Source of the DNA: Dehalococcoidia bacterium
GTDB taxonomy: Bacteria > Chloroflexota > Dehalococcoidia > JAUQQI01
Assembly: GCA_034432015.1 (NCBI GenBank)
Contig: DAOUCL010000043.1
Location: forward strand, 1 to 61,867
DNA length: 61,867 bases
Reading direction: 5' to 3'
Of the stretch, positions 28,647-37,108 are shown in pieces. The translations under genes were made by a program, and so were the position numbers. The notes under the pieces were generated by a model, which was not told where the DNA came from, did not search any database, and saw only the letters and a list, made by a program, of their open reading frames with translations. Every line of letters starts with the position of its first letter. Position 1 is the first letter of the stretch.

Positions 28647-30034
28647 CCAGGATTTTGACCCTGCCTTTCGGGACCGAAAAGATTCCGGTGGAGCTTCCCG
28701 AAGATGCCCAGGTCATCCGGCCGGCCCAGGCCCGCCTCGAACCCCTCGCCGACTTCCGGGCGGCCCTGGAAGGGGCCCTAAGCCGGCCCCTGGGCCTTCC
28801 ACCCCTTAAGGAGCTGGTGGGTCCGGCCGCCCGGGTGCTGGTCGCCTTCGACGACCCCTGCTCCCCGGCCCGGGGGCCCATCCGGGAAGTTGCCCTTAAA
28901 ACCGTCCTAGACAGCCTTGCGGACGCCGGGGTCCGGCCGGAAAACACCCGGGCGGTGGTGGCTAACGCCCTTCACCGCAAATTTAACCGGGCTGAGCTGG
29001 CCGCCACCATCGGGGCGGACCTGGTTGAGGGGTTGGGGGAGAGGCTTTCGTGCCACGACGCCGAGGACCCCGAAAACCTGATTTACCTGGGCAAAACCCC
29101 TTCCGGCTACGACGTCGAAGTCCACCGGGCGGTGACGGAATCCGACCTGACGGTTTATATAAACACCGGCTATAACCTGGGCTTTAACGGCGGCTGGAAG
29201 TCGGTATGCGTGGGCCTGAGCACCTGGCGCTCCATCCGCTGGACCCACACCCCCGACGGAATGTCCATGTCCCTCCGCAACAACCGGATGCACCGGGTCC
29301 TGGACGAGATGGGGGAATCCTTAGAGGCCCGCCTCGGCCGACGGGTTTTTAAAATCGAGATGCTCCGGGCCGGCTACACGGAGGCGGCGGCCGTCTGGGC
29401 CGGCGGGGTTCGGGAGACCCGGCAGGCGGCCTTAGAGACCCTGGCCGCCCGGCTCCCGTCCCGGCGGTCGGCCCTCCCGGAGCCGGCGGACATCCTGGTC
29501 TACGGGGTCCCGGACAACAGCCCCTATGCGGTCTTTGCCCGCCCAAACCCCATCCTGACCCTCATCTCCAGCGGGTTGGGCTACCTGGGCGGCTATATTG
29601 AGGCCATCGGCAGGCCGGGTTGCACCGTCATTATGGCCACCCCCTGCCCCGACGATTGGGACCTGGAGCACCACCCGTCTTATAAAGAGGTCTGGGACCG
29701 GGTGCTTCCCGAGACCCTGGACCCTTACGAGATTATGGGCCGGTTTGAGGCCGAGTTTGCCGCCCACCCCGGTTATATTGAAAAATACCGGTTCGGTTTC
29801 GCCTTTCACCCCGTCCACAGCCTGCTGGCCACCCACCCCCTGCGGCGGCTTCGCCATGCCGGGCGGGTGTTCGTGGCCGGGGCGGTCGACCCGAAGGTTC
29901 CCAAACGCCTCGGCTTTAAAGCCTTCGGCTCGGTGGAGGCCGCCCTGGCGGCCGCCCGGCAGATTCACGGACCCGGGGCGACTGCCGCCGTCATCGACTA
30001 CTCCGAACTGGTCGGGCCGGCCTCGGGGGCCTAA
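28643..30034 (+). CDS. LarA-like (lactate racemase N-terminal domain / DUF2088) protein
   Basis: Overall DUF2088 layout (ARVLVAFDD..., NALHRK, YINTGYNLGFNGGWKSV with a candidate cofactor-tethering Lys, then His). The ATG overlaps the upstream stop (ATGA). Confidence 0.65.
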   Translation: MTRILTLPFGTEKIPVELPEDAQVIRPAQARLEPLADFRAALEGALSRPLGLPPLKELVGPAARVLVAFDDPCSPARGPIREVALKTVLDSLADAGVRPENTRAVVANALHRKFNRAELAATIGADLVEGLGERLSCHDAEDPENLIYLGKTPSGYDVEVHRAVTESDLTVYINTGYNLGFNGGWKSVCVGLSTWRSIRWTHTPDGMSMSLRNNRMHRVLDEMGESLEARLGRRVFKIEMLRAGYTEAAAVWAGGVRETRQAALETLAARLPSRRSALPEPADILVYGVPDNSPYAVFARPNPILTLISSGLGYLGGYIEAIGRPGCTVIMATPCPDDWDLEHHPSYKEVWDRVLPETLDPYEIMGRFEAEFAAHPGYIEKYRFGFAFHPVHSLLATHPLRRLRHAGRVFVAGAVDPKVPKRLGFKAFGSVEAALAAARQIHGPGATAAVIDYSELVGPASGA

Positions 30035-32250
30035 AGGGGCCGGAGCTCGACGGCCAGCAGGCCCGAGGCCGGCAGAACCTCCAGGGGGAAGGGGCCCTTC
30101 CGGGCCAGAAAGAGGAGTTCGAGGCGGTCGCCCGGACCCAGGCCGAGGCCCCCCAGGGGCAGGCGCAACTCGACCACCCGGGGTCCTACGGCCAGGCCGA
30201 TTTCGGCCTCCGCCCTGCGCCAATGGCCTTCCCCTTCGGCCAAAAAGAGGACGGCCTCACCCCTCAGCGGCTCCACCGCCACCTCGGCCGAAAAGCCCAC
30301 CCCGGCCGGCAGGCCCGGCCAGTCCACCGGGACGCTCGTCCTGAGGCGGCGGGTCTGGGGCCGGTTGGGAAGGCGCAGCAGGACCGAAAAGCCGTACTCG
30401 TTCACCGGCCGGTGGCCCTCGACCCGCAGGTAAAAGTTTGTCTGGTCGTACCCGTAGAGGACCCGCCGAAACACCACCAGGGCCGGCCGCATGGTGGTGG
30501 CCTCAACGGGGGGCTCCACCCACCCAGCGTCGGACCAGCCGGTCCCGGCCGGGTCGGCGTCCAGGGGCGGGCTGACCTGGCCCTGGGGCGGCCGGGCGGG
30601 GGGTCGGGCCGGTTCCGGCCGGATGGGTTCCAGGAGCCAGCCGGGGACCGGCCGGCCGGTGGCCAGGTAAACGTTGGCCAGGTGGGAGCGAAAGGCCTGG
30701 TCAAAGGGGTTTTCGGGGCCGGGGTCGTGGCGGGAATAGTACCACCAGAACCAGTCGCTGCCCTCAGCCGTATATACCGACCGCCAGGCGGCCCCCAGGA
30801 GTTCGTGGTCCATCCCGGGGTTGGCGGCCTGAAACTGCAAAAATTCGGACCGGGTCCGGGCCAGGTATTCCCAGGCTCGGTTCTGGGCCGGCTCCCCAAT
30901 CCAGGTCTCCAGGTGGGCCCCAATCCAGCTGCCGGTGTGGAGGCGTTCCAGCCCGACTTCGGGGGGGAAATGGGCCAGGTACTCGCTAAACGTGACGGTC
31001 TTAAGCTCCGGGTCCTCCGTAAGGAGGCGGTAAAGGGTGCGCAAGAAGGGGTTGCCGCTCTCCTCGTAGCCGTCCCAGCAGTTTTCGCCGTCTAACGCAA
31101 TAGTAACCACGAAGGGCCGGTCTTTAGGCAGGCGCTGGCGGACGACCTTAAGCCGGCCGTAGAAATCCCGGGCGGCGTCCACCCCCGGGAAGTGGCGGTA
31201 AACAAAGCCGATCCGGTCCGAAAGGACCTGGTCCCGGAAGAACACCGCCAGGGCCCGGCCGTTGCCGGCCCTTACCCGGTACGGTCGATACAGGACCTGG
31301 GGGTTGAGGAGGTTGCCGTCGGCGTCCCGCTCCACCCAAGTCCCCAGGCTCCGGGTGAGGATGCCCTCGTCGGTGGCCAGCCACCGAAAATTTTCAAACC
31401 GGCCCGCCAGCTCCACCGTCTCGGGGGAAACAGCCCCCTCCGACGGCCAGAGGCCCGCCGGGAGCCGGCCAAAGGTACGTTCGGCAAAGCTTATCGCCAG
31501 CCGGAGCTGTTCCAAGGCGTCCTCAGGCCAGGCCGGGGGTGGGTCGGGTAGGGGGAGGTCCGGGCTTGCCCGCCGGGCCGATGTGCCGTCGATGAGCAGG
31601 GGCAGGATGGGGTGGTAAAATGGGGAAGTGGCGACCTCGGCCTGGCCCGATTCGATAAGCCGGCGGTAGGCCGGCAGGGTTTGCCGGGCGAACTCCCGGT
31701 GCTTGCGGAGGATAAGCCGAATATCGTCGGGGGTAAAATCCCGGCCCCGGGCCACCAGGGACGAAAGCTCCGGGTCGGCCTCCACCTGGTCGGGGGAGAC
31801 CCAGGCCAGGTTGAACCAGGCCTGGAGGTCCCGCCAGTAGGCCGGCCCGAAAAGGTCCGGGTCCTTCTCGGCCTCGGCCTTCAGCTCGAAGAGGCGGGCA
31901 TACCGGGGGTAACGGCGGATGACCCGGTCGGGGTTGATGCTGAAAAAGAGGCGCAAAATCTCCCGCTTTTCGTTGGGGGTAAGCTCCGCCGGGTCCTTAA
32001 GGCTTAAGAGTTCGGCCCGGTCGGCGGTCCGGCCGGCGGCGTAGTCTTCCAGCTGACTTATAAGCACCGGCGTCAGATTGAAGGTTACTTTTAGCCGGGG
32101 AAATTCGGCCACCAGTCGGGGCATGTGCAAATAATCCTTGGCGGCGTGAAGCCGGACCCACGGCAGGTAAACCTCCCCGGTCAGGCCGTTCCGGTACTCC
32201 GGCTGGTGCATGTGCCAGAGGAAGGCGACGTAGAGGGGGTGTTCGGCCAT
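30031..32250 (-). CDS. glycoside hydrolase family 57 protein (alpha-glucan-active) with a C-terminal extension
   Basis: N-terminus FLWHMHQPEYR ... LHAAKDY ... TFNLTPVLISQL is GH57-typical. Confidence 0.8.
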   Translation of the reverse strand: MAEHPLYVAFLWHMHQPEYRNGLTGEVYLPWVRLHAAKDYLHMPRLVAEFPRLKVTFNLTPVLISQLEDYAAGRTADRAELLSLKDPAELTPNEKREILRLFFSINPDRVIRRYPRYARLFELKAEAEKDPDLFGPAYWRDLQAWFNLAWVSPDQVEADPELSSLVARGRDFTPDDIRLILRKHREFARQTLPAYRRLIESGQAEVATSPFYHPILPLLIDGTSARRASPDLPLPDPPPAWPEDALEQLRLAISFAERTFGRLPAGLWPSEGAVSPETVELAGRFENFRWLATDEGILTRSLGTWVERDADGNLLNPQVLYRPYRVRAGNGRALAVFFRDQVLSDRIGFVYRHFPGVDAARDFYGRLKVVRQRLPKDRPFVVTIALDGENCWDGYEESGNPFLRTLYRLLTEDPELKTVTFSEYLAHFPPEVGLERLHTGSWIGAHLETWIGEPAQNRAWEYLARTRSEFLQFQAANPGMDHELLGAAWRSVYTAEGSDWFWWYYSRHDPGPENPFDQAFRSHLANVYLATGRPVPGWLLEPIRPEPARPPARPPQGQVSPPLDADPAGTGWSDAGWVEPPVEATTMRPALVVFRRVLYGYDQTNFYLRVEGHRPVNEYGFSVLLRLPNRPQTRRLRTSVPVDWPGLPAGVGFSAEVAVEPLRGEAVLFLAEGEGHWRRAEAEIGLAVGPRVVELRLPLGGLGLGPGDRLELLFLARKGPFPLEVLPASGLLAVELRPL

Positions 32251-32257
32251 AAAGGGA

Positions 32258-33742
32258 CTATTCCGGCGGGAGGGGCCGGAGGTGGGGGAACGGGATCACC
32301 TCCCGGATAGACTGGTTATCCGTGAGAAGCATTACCAGCCGGTCGACGCCCAGGCCGAGGCCGCCGGTGGGGGGCATGCCGTGCTCTAAGGCGATTAAAA
32401 AATCCTCGTCGACCTGCTCGGCCTCCTCATCCCCGGCCAGGAGCCGGCGGCGCTGTTCTAAAAAGCGCTCCCGCTGGTCCACGGGGTCGTTAAGCTCGGT
32501 GTAGGCGTTGGCCACTTCCATCCCCCCAATGAAGCCTTCGAACCGCTCCACCAGCCGGGGATTCTCCGGCTTGCGCTTGGCCAGGGGGGACATCTCCACC
32601 GGGTAGTCCAGAACGAAGCTAGGCTGAATAAGCCTCGGCTCGACAAACTCCTGCAGGAGTTTGTCGATGATTTTGCCCCGGCCCCGGGCCGGGTCGACCC
32701 GAAGCCCTAGCCCGGCGGCCCGGTCGGCCAGGGATTCGGCATCGGGATATTCTTCAAAGTCGATGCCAGCGAACTCTTTGATGGCCTCCCGCAGGGTTAT
32801 TCGCCGCCAGGGGGGCGTCAGGTCGACCTCGTGGCCGGCGAAGGTTATTTTGAGGGTCCCGAGGACTTTTTGGGCCACGAAGGCCACCAGCTCTTCCACC
32901 ATTCGCATCACGTCGTTGTAATCGGCGTAAGCCTCGTAGCTTTCCAGCATGGTAAATTCGGGGTTGTGCTTAGTGGAGAGCCCTTCGTTTCGGAAGACCC
33001 GGCCGATCTCGTAGACTTTATCGAAGCCCCCGATGACGAGCCGCTTTAGGTAAAGCTCCAGGGAGATCCGCAGGTAAACGTCCTGGTCCAGGGCATCGTA
33101 GTGGGTTACAAAGGGGCGGGCGGCGGCCCCGGTGGCGCTGGTCTGGAGGACCGGGGTCTCCAGCTCGATAAAGCCCCGGCCGTCTAAAAACTCCCGGATG
33201 GCGGCCACAATCCGGCTCCGGGTCTTTAAGACCCAGCGGGAACGCTCGTTGGCGATGAGGTCCAGGTAGCGCTGGCGGTAGCGCTTTTCAACGTCGACCA
33301 GGCCGTGCCACTTTTCGGGAAGGGGCCGCAGGGCCTTGGCCAGGATGGCGAAGTCGTGGACTTCGACCGTAATCTCCCCCGTCCTGGTCCGGAAAAGGGG
33401 ACCGGCCGCCCCGACGAAGTCCCCCAGGTCGAGGTCCTTAAGGACCTCATAATCCTGGGGCCCGAGGATATCCTGCCGAAAGGCCAGCTGAAGGCGGCCG
33501 GCCCCATCCTGAATGTGGGCGAAGGTGAGGCGGCCCATCATCCGGAAGCCCACCAGCCGGCCGGCGACCCGAACCTCGGCGGGAGCTGGGGCCTGCCCGG
33601 CCTCGGCCGCCTCAAAAAGGGCCCGGGCCTCGGCGGTGGTGTGGGTGCGGCGCCAGCGGGGCGGGTAGGGGTCGATGCCCCGGGCCCGCAGCCGCTCAAG
33701 TTTTACGAGCCGGGCCTGGTAAAGTTCCTCGCTTACTTCCAT
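32258..33742 (-). CDS. lysS: lysine--tRNA ligase, class II
   Basis: OB-fold N-domain plus class II motifs (FRNEG, GLGLGVDRLVMLL). Confidence 0.95.
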   Translation of the reverse strand: MEVSEELYQARLVKLERLRARGIDPYPPRWRRTHTTAEARALFEAAEAGQAPAPAEVRVAGRLVGFRMMGRLTFAHIQDGAGRLQLAFRQDILGPQDYEVLKDLDLGDFVGAAGPLFRTRTGEITVEVHDFAILAKALRPLPEKWHGLVDVEKRYRQRYLDLIANERSRWVLKTRSRIVAAIREFLDGRGFIELETPVLQTSATGAAARPFVTHYDALDQDVYLRISLELYLKRLVIGGFDKVYEIGRVFRNEGLSTKHNPEFTMLESYEAYADYNDVMRMVEELVAFVAQKVLGTLKITFAGHEVDLTPPWRRITLREAIKEFAGIDFEEYPDAESLADRAAGLGLRVDPARGRGKIIDKLLQEFVEPRLIQPSFVLDYPVEMSPLAKRKPENPRLVERFEGFIGGMEVANAYTELNDPVDQRERFLEQRRRLLAGDEEAEQVDEDFLIALEHGMPPTGGLGLGVDRLVMLLTDNQSIREVIPFPHLRPLPPE

Positions 33743-33753
33743 CTTTACCCAGG

Positions 33754-33759
33754 ATTATA
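33754..33759 (-). promoter_or_regulatory. candidate -10 box for lysS (near-leaderless layout)
   Basis: The minus strand reads TATAAT, followed by 11 nt (CCTGGGTAAAG) and ATG 33742, with no SD. Confidence 0.4.
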
Positions 33760-33919
33760 ACCCGTCCCCGCCCGCCGCCGGTGTATAACCTGAAGGGAGC
33801 TGACCTGCCGTGCGTCCCGGAAGGATTCGCACCCGCCTCAAGTGGGAGCTCTTCTGGTGGCTCCTGCTGGGCTGGCGATATCTAAACCGGCTGGGCCGCC
33901 GGCTGAGAAACCGCCGGGC

Positions 33920-35434
33920 CTAAACCTCCCGGATGCGGACGGTGATGGCGTGGTAGCCCGAGGCCCCATCGGGGAGGGGCGGCCGGGGGGTGGGGTCCTG
34001 AACCTCGCCGTTGCCGTCCACCGCCCGGACCACCACCCGGTAGCTTCCGGGGGGCGGGTCCCACTCGGCCGTCCAGAGGACCCAACTGTACGGCGAGAGG
34101 GCCGGGCGCAGCTGGGCCGGCCGCCAGGTCCGGCCGCCGTCGAAGCTCAGCTCCACCCGGAGGATCCCCCGGTCGCCCGCGAAGGCCACCCCACCTAGCC
34201 GCAGGGGCCCGGGACCCCGAACGGCCAGCGTCCGGCTGGGAACGATAATTTCGGACATGGTCTTGATGACGGCCCGGTCGCTCCAGCCCCGCTGTTCCCA
34301 GAACCCCAGGTAGTCGTAATCCACCGCCTCGACGGCCGTGACCCACTTGGGATTCTTCATCCCGTAAAGGCCGGGGGTCACCAAGCGGAGGGGGAAGCCG
34401 TGCTTGTGGGGGAGGGGCTCCCCGTTCATCTCGTAGGCCAGGATCGTATCCGGATGCCGGGCCTTCTCTAAGGGTATGGCCGTCGAATAGTCGTCCCAGG
34501 CCCGGATGACCACCTTCCGGACGCCCGGCCTGATTCCGGCCTGCTCCAAAAGGTAGGCCAGGGGGACACCCCGCCAGCGGGCGGTGCTTATAAGGTCGCC
34601 CCCAACCTCATTGCTTATACACTCAAAGGTCACAACCTCTTCTTTGGCCGGCAGCCGGCGGAGGTCGTCGTAGCTGAGGGTAAAGGGCCGGTTGACCAGG
34701 CCCCCAACTTCCAGCCGCCAGCGGACCGGGTCCACGGTGGGGTCAACGATATTTTTCGAAACGATGTAAAACCGGTCGTTAGGGGTGATTTCCGGGGGCA
34801 TCGGTTCTTCGGGGGTTACGGGGACGATAAGGCCACCCCCGGCCTGGCTTCCGGCCGGGTTTAGCAGCCGCAGGAGGCCCCCGCCGGCCACCAGCAGGCC
34901 CAACCCGACCCCAACCCCGGCCAGGAGGCGGCGCCGGCCGACGTCGGGGCCGGCCGAAGCCTCGGGGGCCCCCAGAAACTTCCAGGCCGCCGCAAGCCCC
35001 AGGCCGTACCCCAGGCCGTTAACCAGCAGGCCGCCGGCAACCGGCAAAATCCCACCCGGAAGGCCCGCCCCGAAAAGCCCGGCCCCGAGCAGAGGCATCC
35101 CCGCCAGCCCCAGCAGGACCCAGGCCCCAAGCCCAACCCCAAGGCCGGCCGCCCACGACGTTACCGGCCCAATGGCCAGGCCTGCGAGGCCCCCAACCCC
35201 GGCCAGGCCGAGGAGTATTCCCAGGTAGAAAACAACCTTGGCCCAGCCGCCCAGAAGGCTTATGCCCAGGGAAAAGAGGTCGAGGGGGACGACCAGCAGC
35301 AACCGTTCGACCAGAACGTCGGGCAGGGTTGCCCACCCGGCCGTCAGCTTGATACCCAGGACCGTCAGCCCGAAAACCAGCCCCCCGAACACCCCCGTGG
35401 CGAACCGCCAGCCCCGGCCCGGCCGCGTCTCCAT
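33920..35434 (-). CDS. sulfite-oxidase-family molybdopterin oxidoreductase fused to an N-terminal polytopic membrane domain
   Basis: ECISN..GG, RWRGVPL, MNGEPLP..HGFPLRLV.PG.YG.K..KW (Oxidored_molyb) plus a C-terminal Ig-like domain. About 190 N-terminal residues are hydrophobic. Confidence 0.8.
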   Translation of the reverse strand: METRPGRGWRFATGVFGGLVFGLTVLGIKLTAGWATLPDVLVERLLLVVPLDLFSLGISLLGGWAKVVFYLGILLGLAGVGGLAGLAIGPVTSWAAGLGVGLGAWVLLGLAGMPLLGAGLFGAGLPGGILPVAGGLLVNGLGYGLGLAAAWKFLGAPEASAGPDVGRRRLLAGVGVGLGLLVAGGGLLRLLNPAGSQAGGGLIVPVTPEEPMPPEITPNDRFYIVSKNIVDPTVDPVRWRLEVGGLVNRPFTLSYDDLRRLPAKEEVVTFECISNEVGGDLISTARWRGVPLAYLLEQAGIRPGVRKVVIRAWDDYSTAIPLEKARHPDTILAYEMNGEPLPHKHGFPLRLVTPGLYGMKNPKWVTAVEAVDYDYLGFWEQRGWSDRAVIKTMSEIIVPSRTLAVRGPGPLRLGGVAFAGDRGILRVELSFDGGRTWRPAQLRPALSPYSWVLWTAEWDPPPGSYRVVVRAVDGNGEVQDPTPRPPLPDGASGYHAITVRIREV

Positions 35435-35511
35435 CTTTCACCCCCGCTCTTTAGACTCCTTTATCTATTATCTGCTAAACTTAAAGGGGATGCACCCTTA
35501 ACCGGGGGGAG

Positions 35512-35946
35512 ATGACCAGAAAGAAGCACCGGAAGCGGAAGGCCCCGGCTCCGGCCGAACTTAAGTCGCCCGACGGCCGGGTCGTTTTCGCCCACGTCGC
35601 CGAAGCGGAGTTTGCCCGTCTCCTCGATTTTTACCAGATCAAGTGGGAATATGAGCCCCGGTCGTTTCCCCTCCGCTGGGACGAAAACGGCCGGCCGACC
35701 CAGAGCTTTACCCCCGACTTTTACCTGCCGGAGTTCGACCTTTATATCGAGCTCACTACCCTCCGCCAGCGGCTGGTAACCCGGAAAAACCAGAAGCTCC
35801 GGCGGCTCCGGGAGCTTTACCCCTGGGTGAATATCCGGCTCTTTTACGCCCGGGATGTCCGGAACCTTTTCCTCAAGTATGGCATCTCGGGGCTGCTCGG
35901 TTCGCCGCCCACCAACGGGTCGGGGCCGCCGACCCCTAACCAGTAA
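35512..35946 (+). CDS. hypothetical basic protein, possible PD-(D/E)xK nuclease-fold
   Basis: GGGGGGAG RBS. The pattern FTPDFYLPEFDLYIELTT...RK resembles D...(D/E)xK-type cores. The family was not recognised with certainty. Confidence 0.5.
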   Translation: MTRKKHRKRKAPAPAELKSPDGRVVFAHVAEAEFARLLDFYQIKWEYEPRSFPLRWDENGRPTQSFTPDFYLPEFDLYIELTTLRQRLVTRKNQKLRRLRELYPWVNIRLFYARDVRNLFLKYGISGLLGSPPTNGSGPPTPNQ

Positions 35947-35968
35947 ACCCGGCCGCGGGGTCCCTTAA

Positions 35969-36526
35969 GTGGCCGTAACGTTTGCCCAGGAAGTCATCGC
36001 TACGGTCCTACTCGACGCCGAGACCATTAGCCGAAGGGTGGCCGAGCTGGGAGCCGAAATCTCCCGGGATTACGAGGGCCTCGAGCCCATCCTGGTGGGG
36101 GTTTTGCGGGGGACGGTCTTCTTCCTGGCCGACCTGATTCGGCACATTACTACCCCCATAAGCATAGACTTTCTGGCGATAAGCTCTTATTCCCCCCAGA
36201 GCCCCAGCGGCGTCGTCCGAATAACCAAGGACCTGGATGAAAACATCGAGGGCCGCCACGTCCTGGTCGTCGAAGACGTCATCGATACAGGCCTGACCCT
36301 CCGGTATATTCTTCGGACCCTGGAGGCCCGCCGGCCGGCAAGCCTGCACGTGTGCGTCCTTTTGGACCGCCCCGCCCTGCGCCTGGTTCCCATCCCGGTC
36401 CGGTACGTGGGCTTCACCATCCCCAACCAGTTCGTCGTCGGCTACGGCCTCGACCTCTGGCAAAAATACCGCAACCTTCCGTATATCGCCGTCGTCAGGC
36501 GCGAGGTCCTCGACGGCCGCCCTTAG
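35969..36526 (+). CDS. hpt: hypoxanthine phosphoribosyltransferase
   Basis: LVGVLRG..FFLADL, VLVVEDVIDTGLTL, and the C-terminal GYGLD..YRNLPYI. Confidence 0.9.
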   Translation: MAVTFAQEVIATVLLDAETISRRVAELGAEISRDYEGLEPILVGVLRGTVFFLADLIRHITTPISIDFLAISSYSPQSPSGVVRITKDLDENIEGRHVLVVEDVIDTGLTLRYILRTLEARRPASLHVCVLLDRPALRLVPIPVRYVGFTIPNQFVVGYGLDLWQKYRNLPYIAVVRREVLDGRP

Positions 36527-36550
36527 CCCGCCAGCCTTGGGAGAGGACCT

Positions 36551-37108
36551 ATGGTCTTTCAGCCGGCCCAACTCGAATCGGCAGGGGTTTTACTCACCGC
36601 CCTGCTGGTCAGGCTGCTTATAAGCCTGGTCATCTTAGGGGTCGCCTACCTGGTTACCGGGCGGGTTTCGGGCCTGGTAAACCGGGTGCTGGCCCGGACC
36701 CGGGCTGAGCCCAACGCCCGCCTCCTGGTCGCCCGGATCATCCAGGGTGGGGTTTGGGCGGTGGCCGGGCTGGTCATCCTGGGGGTTTGGGGGACCGAGC
36801 TGGGGGCCCTGGCCGCCGGGGTCGGCCTCTTCAGCCTGGCCATCTCCATCGCCCTTCAGGACGTTCTGCGCAACTGGGTCGTGGGCCTTTACCTGCTCAT
36901 CGAGCGACCCTTTAAGATCGGCGACCGGGTGGCCCTTAAGGACAGCCTGGGGGTCATCGAGGACGTTCAGCTCCGGGTGACCCGGATCCGGGCCGACGAC
37001 GGCCGGGTGATCTACATCCCGAACCTGACGGTTTTTAACGAGATAATCGCCGTCCTTCCCCCCACCCCCAGGGCCGAAGACTCCGGCCCTTCCCAGACCC
37101 AGGCCTAG
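36551..37108 (+). CDS. small mechanosensitive ion channel (MscS family)
   Basis: Three TM helices followed by the ERPFKIGDRV beta-domain motif. Confidence 0.75.
   Translation: MVFQPAQLESAGVLLTALLVRLLISLVILGVAYLVTGRVSGLVNRVLARTRAEPNARLLVARIIQGGVWAVAGLVILGVWGTELGALAAGVGLFSLAISIALQDVLRNWVVGLYLLIERPFKIGDRVALKDSLGVIEDVQLRVTRIRADDGRVIYIPNLTVFNEIIAVLPPTPRAEDSGPSQTQA

Noticed and set aside
33810-33923. A 37-codon plus-strand ORF (VRPGRIRTRLKWELFWWLLLGWRYLNRLGRRLRNRRA) with a GAAGGGAG 10 nt upstream, lying between lysS and the molybdoenzyme gene.
   Set aside because: An ORF this short arises easily by chance in GC-rich DNA. It runs opposite to both neighbours, overlaps the 3' end of the molybdoenzyme gene, and has no recognisable family. 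I cannot separate it from noise without conservation or ribosome-profiling data.
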